Source of the DNA: Eledone cirrhosa
Taxonomy: Eukaryota
DNA length: 64,000 nucleotides
NCBI GenBank assembly: GCA_964016885.1
Contig: OZ024745.1
Location: forward strand, 17,732,001-17,796,000
Direction: 5' to 3'
The notes under the pieces were generated by a model. The model ran no database searches and was not told where the DNA came from. It saw only the letters and a program-made list of their open reading frames with translations. Positions 55,046-64,000 of this stretch are shown piece by piece. Position 1 is the first letter of the stretch. Each line of letters begins with the position of its first letter. A program made the position numbers and the translations under genes.

Positions 55046-56590
55046 CTACATTTTAAATTTAAATTTATATTTAAGCGTTGAGTTTAATCTATGTTTGCAG
55101 CAACTGAATAAATTTGTCCGTAGATTAAGGGAATTTTTAGATTTTAGTATAAAGAATATCTCCTCTGCGCAGAGGTCACATGTCTCAGAGGATGAATTAA
55201 AAGGAATCCCTCTTGACACTATATTCCAAGCCGTCGAATATCTAACGTTATCTAGCTTAAGTTGCCAGAGTACGCCTGATAGTGCCGTTGAAGATTTTTT
55301 GCTTGGATCTGTGAAAGAATTATTGTGGTTATTATAGCGAAGTTTAAATTCCGTCGATGTGGAACCGACGTAGTTAAAAGAATTAGAGTCAGTTTTAACA
55401 TTACAATTGTATACTATATTTTTAACTAAGCAGTTGTTATTTAACGGACATTTAGATCTATCTCTACAGTTACATTTGTTAACTTGTATATTATTTATGC
55501 TATTATCACTAGGTTTTAAGTTCCTATTATTTATTCTATTAATATTTTGTGCTAAATTTTTGGTGGATGAGTAGGTTAATTTTATAGTATGTCTATTGAA
55601 AATTGAGTGATACCTATGTGTTCTAGGGAAGCGATTATCAAGAGCTTTAAAAAATAGTTTAGCGATGTGGGTTTTAATGTTTAGTGAGAAAGGGGGGGAA
55701 AACCAAATTATGTTCCTAGTTCTATTTCTTTTTTGGCCTTTGGAATTATTGTAATGCTTTCTATTATAGTTGTTAAGGTTGTTGCCGTAATTAAAATAGT
55801 TGTTATTTTGTTTAGTTTGTCTATCATTATCTATGTACATAATGTTATCAGCATATCCTGCTCTAGCTAATGCTTCATTGTAGTATTGGGCTTTTTCGTC
55901 GAAAATCTTTCTATTCGACGAGATCCTAGAGATACGCTTTTGAACAGAGTTTCCTATAGTGTTTTTGACAGATCTGGGGTGGTTAGAATTAAAGTTGACA
56001 TAGTTTAAGTTTTCATTCAACTTGTGAAAAGGATAGTGAAGACATGTGTTGAGATTTAATGTTATATCTAGGAAATTGACTATTCTATGGTTGTTCTCAA
56101 TTTCTATTTTAAGATTAAAGTAATTAAAAAATTGTGTAATTTGTTTACATTTTCTATTTAGTTCAGAGTTATTATTATCAATAAGTAAAAGCATGTCATC
56201 TCTATATAAACCTCCGGTAGTACCAGGTATTTTCCTATGTAGCGAATTGATTAAATATAAGCCCACAAGGTCAGTTACCTGAGCTGAGTCGGATGATCCC
56301 ATAGTAATGTCAAAATTGCTATCTCTATCTGCTCTGGTCCATAGTAGGTCATTAAATTCTATCAAAGTTTTCCTAGCCGATAATATAATATGCATTTCAT
56401 TGCTAGTTAGGTCAGTATGTTTGAATGCGTAATTTAGTGCCTTATTTAGTAGATTAGGGGTAATAGAAGAATAATAGTTAGCAATATCAAGTTGAATAAA
56501 CTTATTATTATTGTTATATTTAATTTGCTTAAACCACTCAACAACCTCTCCAGTTCCCTTCCACAAGCTCAGGTTAGATAAACAATCCAA
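55046..56590 (-). CDS. PLE RT + GIY-YIG endonuclease, uninterrupted 514-aa frame lacking its N-terminus
   Basis: LDIANYY, FDITMGSSDSAQ, GLYRDD, NFLDITLNL, SNHP, IIWFSPPFS, CNCR..CPL..C, IVY..YVGST, RYNNH, CDLCAEE, CKHR. Confidence 0.9.
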   Translation of the reverse strand: MDCLSNLSLWKGTGEVVEWFKQIKYNNNNKFIQLDIANYYSSITPNLLNKALNYAFKHTDLTSNEMHIILSARKTLIEFNDLLWTRADRDSNFDITMGSSDSAQVTDLVGLYLINSLHRKIPGTTGGLYRDDMLLLIDNNNSELNRKCKQITQFFNYFNLKIEIENNHRIVNFLDITLNLNTCLHYPFHKLNENLNYVNFNSNHPRSVKNTIGNSVQKRISRISSNRKIFDEKAQYYNEALARAGYADNIMYIDNDRQTKQNNNYFNYGNNLNNYNRKHYNNSKGQKRNRTRNIIWFSPPFSLNIKTHIAKLFFKALDNRFPRTHRYHSIFNRHTIKLTYSSTKNLAQNINRINNRNLKPSDNSINNIQVNKCNCRDRSKCPLNNNCLVKNIVYNCNVKTDSNSFNYVGSTSTEFKLRYNNHNNSFTDPSKKSSTALSGVLWQLKLDNVRYSTAWNIVSRGIPFNSSSETCDLCAEEIFFILKSKNSLNLRTNLFSCCKHRLNSTLKYKFKFKM

Positions 56591-56645
56591 GTTCTTAATT
56601 TGCGGTATGTCAAATCTATTTATCTATAAAACTGTTTATATTGTA

Positions 56646-56707
56646 TTTTGTCTGAGGAAGGCATAGCATATTGTTAATATGATATCCCTGAAATATATAT
56701 AATGAAA
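56646..56707 (+). ncRNA. Hammerhead ribozyme in inverted pLTR copy
   Basis: Same motif as 53620-53681 on the opposite strand. Confidence 0.78.
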
Positions 56708-56746
56708 CAAATATGGTTTTATAAATATAGTTTCCATTTATTTAAT

Positions 56747-56790
<44 letters not shown>

Positions 56791-56974
56791 GTTCAAGAGA
56801 GAGATGGAGATAGGAGAGGATATAGAAGAGGAGAGATTGGTGAATTAGTTAGAAGCCAAAGCGTAAAGGCATGTGCTCAATGTGCAATATGCAGTGGAAA
56901 GCAAATAGGTGGGTGGGTTCATGCAGAAGTTAGGCGCGCAGAGCTGGAAATAGTCATTAGTTAAGCAAAATATG

Positions 56975-57137
56975 GAGTAGCGAAACAATTGCAAACGGAC
57001 ATTATTACGTCCCTTTACAGTCTGAGTTCAAATCCCGCCGCGATTGACTGTGCCTTTCATCCTTACGGGGTCGATAAAATAAAGTACCAGTAATGCACTG
57101 GGTTATTGCTGGCCTTGTGCCTAAAGTAGAAACAATT
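56975..57137 (+). mobile_element. OK-like SINE (5' part degraded)
   Basis: CTGAGTTCAAATCCCGCCG...GGCCTTGTGCCTAAAGTAGAAACAAT. Confidence 0.85.
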
Positions 57138-58190
57138 ATTTTTTATCTTTTACGCTCTTTCCTACGTTCTTCTACACACTATACATCTCATTCTATATTC
57201 ACTTACATATCTCTCTTCACCACCGGATCTTGTTACCCGGAGAATTACCCATCTGCCTTGTTGAGGCTTCCAAAACGACCTAAAGAAAATATATCTTATT
57301 ATCCAACAATGCTTCAAGCAAACTTCCATACTCATTTATATATATATATATATAGAAATTGGAATAAATGCTCTGAAATAGCGATATATATGTGAATATA
57401 GACATAGAATATTCGAAAATATTCTGTATGTTTATAATAAACATTTTGAAGACCTAATCGCTATAGAATAGAATACGTCACGTATTATAATTAGATTCTC
57501 GATAAAAGCAAGGGAAGTAATCTACGCGTTTCATTCTTATTAGAAATCTTCAGGACCACATATCCAGTGCTTTTATCGAGAATGACACAGCTAGAGACTT
57601 ATAGAATACTTAGCTGTGTACAGGAACTGGTTTGAAAGAGCGGTTGCCGGTCCGGCAGAAATTAGAAATTGGAATAAATGCTCTGAAATAGCGATATATA
57701 TGTGAATATAGACATAGAATATTCGAAAATATTCTGTATGTTTATAATAAACATTTTGAAGACCTAATCGCTATAGAATAGAATACGTCACGTATTACAA
57801 TTAGATTCTCGATAAAAGCAAGGGAAGTAATCTACGCGTTTCATTCTTATTAGAAATCTTCAGGACCACATATCCAGTGCTTTTATCGAGAATGACACAA
57901 TAAGAATGAAACGCGTAGATTACTTCCCTTGCTTTTATCGAGAATCTAATTGTAATACGTGACGTATTCTATTCTATAGCGATTAGGTCTTCAAAATGTT
58001 TATTATAAACATACAGAATATTTTCGAATATTCTATGTCTATATTCACATATATATCGCTATTTCAGAGCATTTATTCCAATTTCTAATTTCTGCCGGAC
58101 CGGCAACCGCTCTTTCAAACCAGTTCCTGTACACAGCTAAGTATTCTATAAGTCTCTAGCTGTGTCATTCTCGATAAAAGCACTGGATAT

Positions 58191-58233
58191 GTGGTCCTGA
58201 AGATTTCTAATAAGAATGAAACGCGTAGATTAC
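58191..58233 (+). ncRNA. Family B minimal type I hammerhead ribozyme
   Basis: GTGGTC-CTGAAGA-T-TTCT/AATA/AGAA-T-GAAA-CGCG-TA-GATTAC; enclosed by the 16-bp helix ATTCTCGATAAAAGCA/TGCTTTTATCGAGAAT. Confidence 0.88.
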
Positions 58234-58500
58234 TTCCCTTGCTTTTATCGAGAATCTAATTGTAATACGTGACGTATTCTATTCTATAGCGATTAGGTCT
58301 TCAAAATGTTTATTATAAACATACAGAATATTTTCGAATATTCTATGTCTATATTCACATATATATCGCTATTTCAGAGCATTTATTCCAATTTCTAATT
58401 TCTGCCGGACCGGCAACCGCTCTTTCAAACCAGTTCCTGTACACAGCTAAGTATTCTATAAGTCTCTAGCTGTGTCATTCTCGATAAAAGCACTGGATAT

Positions 58501-58543
58501 GTGGTCCTGAAGATTTCTAATAAGAATGAAACGCGTAGATTAC
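58501..58543 (+). ncRNA. Family B minimal type I hammerhead ribozyme
   Basis: Identical motif 310 bp downstream. Confidence 0.88.
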
Positions 58544-58665
58544 TTCCCTTGCTTTTATCGAGAATCTAATTGTAATACGTGACGTATTCTATTCTATAGC
58601 GATTAGGTCTTCAAAATGTTTATTATAAACATACAGAATATTTTCGAATATTCTATGTCTATATT

Positions 58666-58708
<43 letters not shown>

Positions 58709-61700
58709 AAGTGTGATTGCATGTGAGTGTGTGTTTGTGCATGATATATAGATCTGTATAATATAGACAGTAAATATATACTGAAGGATTTACAATGATG
58801 GTCTTCAATTCTTAAAACAATTTGTGCCTGGTACTAATAATTATATTGTTTTTAATGTTCTATTAATATTAGAAATGCGTGCATATATGAGACATATTAG
58901 TTGTATTATGATTATTTATATTGAATATTATTTGCGAATTTATGAGTAATACAAATCGCTATAGTGTAGCAATATCTATATATTTAAAGGAATATGTGTA
59001 GAGGTATATTTTTCTTTTATGTCTTCACATATTTGATTTAATGAACATCGTTAAAAATTGATTCTCTATTCATTTTACTAATTGAAAGTGATTCTTTGTT
59101 GCGTGTATCTCTAAATTGATATATTGAATATTGCTATCTAATAGCCACTAATTAATTTCCATTGTGTTATGTCTAGTATTTCTTATTCCCAAAATTTTTT
59201 AGAATTTTGATTTCTTATTCATTAGATTTTAATTTGTGCTTCTTACACGTATGTCTAAATTGATTTTTTTTAAATAATTATAGATTTCTATCTGATATTT
59301 GTTTATTGAATGTTTCCTAACAAGAGCGATTTGGTTCTTTCTTTTCTCTTGCCAGTATATATATCTTACTTTTTCCAATAGTTTATATCAAGTTTTGTTT
59401 CATTGTAGATCAACATATGCAACATTATCCCTACCTGATTCAGATGAATTGGAGACTGTTTAGAATTGGTTGTGGGTGTCTAGTCATTTGATTATTAAAA
59501 GTGTTACCGAATTGAAAACGTCCATGTCCTCAATACAATTTGAGGGTAAAGACATGGAAAAGATTTCCGTCGAAAAATTCCCTGATGTCATATTACTTTA
59601 TGGTGGACACATTCCAGTGGGTGACATATGAGTGTAGGCCTCCACAGATGTAAAAAGCCCAACTGAATTCCAATAAAGAGTGATGTATCACACTCTAGTT
59701 GTTCGAGAATGGTGTTTTTAACTGTTCTCGACAAAGCCTCGGTTATTCTGGAAATGAGAACCTTAGGGAGATATTTTCCAGAGTTAGAAATGTTATCATT
59801 CTTTGACATGACAATGATTTTACATAGTGGAAAGGAAAGAACACATTAAAGAATTCCTACAGTAAGGAGTGAGATAGAACTACGATGAGGACAGTAAAAA
59901 CCCCGTTAAAATTTAAAGCAATATTATATCGATCATATTTCTCTCTCTGCCTTTTAAGATAAAACATGTTCATTATTGTTAATAAAACGTCTGCTCATTG
60001 CGGTTTTAAATTCCATTGATTAAACATCATTTTCGGCTCACTACACTAAGTGTCGCAGTCCTCACTTAACCATATATCATTAATTAATTATTATATTTTT
60101 GCGAGTGTGTTTGTGCAGCCGAGTACAGTTTTTATCACTTGTTAAATATCACTGGCTCCAAATAACTCATTTATCAAGCAAGAATATCTAAAAGTAATCA
60201 AATTCTCATTAGCATTGCTGATGATATGAAAGATTTCCAAATTGCCTTCGATTTCGATTTTAAAGAGACCTTTCATCATATTTGACTTGACTGAATTTCG
60301 GTAATATTTCATATATAGCTACCAACATTTCTATCATGTAGACTTGTTTAACGTCGCGATTCTTTGAAAGTAGCCATGATTCTATTATATGATTGAACTA
60401 TCCTAACTTTGATAATTTCGTGATAAATTACTTCTTTGTTTTTGTTTAATGCTTGCTATCTCAATTCCACACTTAAGTTAATTGTATCAGAAAGGTAAGT
60501 AATAATTTACTCTGAAGGATCTACTAGTGCATTGCAGTACACAAATGAACAGTTTATGTATTTGTATGCCAAAGGATGCAGATGCCTGCATTATATTGAT
60601 ATAGCAATGTATGAAATTATAGTATTATTAAGAAGTTGCCTGGTTGAATTTTATCCCTTTATTTAGCATTCCACTAATTAGTTATACCACAAAGAGATAT
60701 AGGTGATAAGCCGGACATCGACAAAGAACGGAAATACGGATGATTGATAATCGAGGTTTACAATGATGCTGAACCTTTGCGTAAAACGTTACATCAGGAA
60801 CTGCTCTACCCTGCTTTCGTAGACAGCTCTTTGCCAAACATTCTGTCATGCTGCTGTTGTTTGAGGTCTTTGCCAGCAACTGAATCCGCAGTGTAAATGG
60901 AATTAATCTGATTCTTCCAAGAGCAACATGTTAGATCGCCTATGCTTGGCAAGCGGGAGTTGACAACACGGATTGAATTATCAATTTAAAATGTGCTTTA
61001 TGAACATTGATGTGTAAACGCATTGGCTTGTGTAAACCTGAAAATATCTGTTTCAGAGATTTTATCCTTCCAAATATTTCCAAAGATATGAGAGCGTCAG
61101 CAAAGTTAGAAGGTTTCTAATATTCTGGTTTACTTCCTATAGGTCTTCCACGCTTTCCACCCATGTAAAATCAATGTGTCAGAAGGTAAAAAAACCATAG
61201 GTTTTCCTTGCTTGGTAACACTTAGGAAAAGGCGGGAAGAAATAGAATGTGATTAGCTGTGCTCTCTTTGAGCTACGTAATAGACTTGTCACAGGCAATC
61301 ACGATATTCTGTGTCACATCTCTAAGCCCCATTTAACTGTTTTCTTAAAGTATTGCATCGCTTTCAGGATGGAATACAAAACGTTAATGATAAACATGAA
61401 TATATTTGCCGATTTTCTTTATAGTAGCTAGTTCTTTACAGTACCAAAATATATGGTAACGATCGAATATGTATACGATATTGCTTAGAAGGGGATCTTT
61501 TTAAATTAGGTAGGTTTTCTGCCAGCTCTAAATTTTAGTTCTTGCAAATTTATCAGGTGTGAGATATATATTCCGGTAATGTACCCAATGATGAAGTTAA
61601 TGGAAGCAAAGAACTGAAGGCGCAGATTATTAACGAATGTTTTAATTTGCTTTGGCGCCTTGGAAGGTAAGGCTCTCGATCAAGATTTGGTGAAATAATT

Positions 61701-63828
61701 TATATATAATGTCTTGGAAATGGAATATATATTAGCATGTTTCGGAGAATGCATCCTAAATTTATACAATTTACTATACTAGATATATATACCAATTAAT
61801 ACTCTAGAGAACAACAGCTGTTTAGAAAGCGCTACCCAATAATCTTTTTCTTAACAGATGATCAACTGTTGATATCAAAGATATATCATATAACCCTCAT
61901 TATGTATGGTCTTCTCTGGTCATTATTATCGCAGGTCAATAACTATCTATCTAGTATAAGATACATACATATCTTTAAATTACTACCGTTCTCTATTCCT
62001 CTGGAATAAATTATGTATATCTCGGAGTGTTTTTACTTCTAATGCAACTATGTACGATTCACCTAAGTCCATGCTGCATCTAAATACTTAATATTAACTT
62101 GTCTTTTCTATTTATTATGATCCACAAATAGACAATGTCCATTATAAATGCATCAATGTGATTTTGAATGTTCTCTATATGCAAATTGACCTATTTTCAT
62201 GGTCTATCATACGATCTATTACGTATATTAGGTTTAACTTTCTAGAACTTAGTAGATTACTATTTTGTCTAATTCATGGAACACGTGTTATCAAAGAAAT
62301 ATAATAAAATGATATAATAAACATATTATGTATGGTAAAAATGACACTTTATGGAATAAGTAATTCTTTAGTTTTAATAAAAGTGATAGGAACGTATTTC
62401 ATTATTGTCCGACGAAATGTTGAGAAGCTTTTACTGACAAAATGTTAAAGGTTCGAGTCGGAATATCCTTGACAACATCTACGTTCGATATCATATACTT
62501 CTTTACCAGTGCTGTCAACATCGAGCCTCAATGCAATATATCATACTATAATCTTAATATGTTACATAAACCTGCATAGCTCTACAACAACGATTTGAAC
62601 AAATGCACAGAACAATCGTAAATATCACTTATTTTAGCAATACGTTTTAAACAGCTGAAATGCATAAAACAGTAAAATTTCTAGAATTTATTATCATAGA
62701 GTTATAGAAAGAAGAAGGACTACAGGAAAGACGTAGACTGTTACATTAACAAACTGTTGTGAAGATATGACATAAAGATACGAAAGCAGATGAGAGGAAC
62801 TGATCAAGACGCGGCCGAGAACGAATTAAATCGATTTCTTTTTTAAAGTAAGCGTCTCTGTCAGAGACAAAGTTTCATGAATACCTAATATAAAAAGTTA
62901 TATAGAAAGTTATATGAAGTTGGAAGTTGAGAAATCATAAAGAGCATCATTTGATCTTCTAGGGATAATATATCACTGAAATAATACACTTTCTTTGTGA
63001 TGCTCCAGCACATTCTATTAACGAATCTATCACGTGTATGAGTATCAGTGTTGCCGGAAGGATTTCACAAACTTGAATGTAAATCTAAATGAATATTGGT
63101 GAAAGTCCAACTACTAGCATTGCAACGAAATGTGTTTCCTATTAAACGTTACTATATTATCTATGGTAATGAGAAAATAACAAATATCTATTTACATCCC
63201 TATATTATACACGAATGTAACATCTCTTCATCAAATGTGTGAGAGAGGATATATTTGTCTAGATATATAAGGTATAACGCTTCCAGTAAAATAGGATCAA
63301 TATCTAGTAAGTATCCATTCGTGTTATCCATTCGTGTTGTTACAATTTTTGCGTGTCTGAAATCTTAACAGTCATTATTATATATCATATTTAACAGAGG
63401 ATTTACTCTGTCATTTTATAGTAACAGGTATAACTTGATATAAAATACATTATTGGTTCGGGGGGGAAATATTTTAACCAATTGAATGTATCATCCGTTG
63501 TACAATTAGATTTGTGTATCTAAAAAAATGTGTAAATTGTGTTGATGAACAGAGAGACAGTGTAAGGGATAGAGTCGTGTAACCTAAATTTAAACTAAGT
63601 CAGTACAATGGTGGTTCTATTCAACCTATTGTCTTCCGTACAAATTAAGTGTTGACAATTATAATCTAAAATATGGCTCAACACGAATTTATCATGAATG
63701 GTACTAACAATGTTGACTAACTATTAAAATGAATCAACCTGAAACTTTGAGATAATTAGTCAAAACTAATTACCCAATAGGCTTTAAATTAACTCAATTC
63801 CTTACGCATTGGGATCTTTCTAGTGTTA

Positions 63829-64000
63829 TCTTCTTCTTCTTCTTCTTCTTCTTCTTCTTCTTCTTTCCAGAAAGGGTTGTGGGCACAGAGTCGCCAAACC
63901 CCCCCGCCAGCGGGTCCTGCCAGAAGCAACCGTCTCCAAATGTTACAGCTGGATCCACTACCAAGACAAGCCGACCTCATGGATGTTATCCAAACATCTT
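63829..64000 (-). mobile_element. 3' end of an RTE-type LINE with (GAA)n tail (continues beyond the window)
   Basis: Minus-strand frame ...HLETVASGRTRWRGGLATLC... resembles the RTE C-terminal A.DR..WR motif, followed by (GAA)n. Confidence 0.7.

Larger units (their letters stand above)
53486..56750 (-). mobile_element. Penelope-like element (Naiad-type), 5'-truncated, with inverted pLTR segment
   Basis: RT-GIY-YIG ORF, ~1.55-kb 3' region, 56603-56750 is the inverse of 53577-53724; (TA)n at both ends. Confidence 0.93.
57353..58670. mobile_element. Family B retrozyme-like array: 310-bp units, ~1.75 units minus + ~2.5 units plus
   Basis: Near-identical units; HHRs at 57517-57559 (-), 57827-57869 (-), 58191-58233 (+), 58501-58543 (+); junction ~57899; (TA)n flanks. 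Confidence 0.92.

Overview
AT-rich, repeat-dominated eukaryotic DNA with many (TA)n/(CA)n/(GA)n microsatellites. The tRNA-derived SINEs resemble the octopus OK family, so an octopod cephalopod is the likely source (inference). No intact host gene can be supported. Recognisable autonomous-type elements are: a decayed CR1-group LINE (3.1-6.6 kb, -), two 5'-truncated Penelope-like elements of Naiad type (RT + C-terminal GIY-YIG; 12.2-15.5 kb + and 53.5-56.8 kb -), a CRE-like RT/REL fragment (46.9-48.7 kb, +) and an RTE 3' end at the right edge. The main signal is a dense set of non-coding, hammerhead-ribozyme (HHR)-carrying elements in at least 4 unrelated families. I read more than 25 type I HHR motifs by eye. 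Several families form tandem arrays of 310-570 bp units with one HHR per unit, i.e. retrozyme-like. Most of these elements sit in (TA)n microsatellites and share one two-armed fold-back architecture: both ends are HHR-sense 3' ends, the inversion junction is internal, arms can exceed one unit in length, and the same two TATA-like termini are reused by independent copies. Some insertions join arms from different families. This suggests circular HHR RNAs copied by rolling-circle, double-primed reverse transcription using Naiad RT/endonuclease. That model is inference; no folding, alignment or database search was run.
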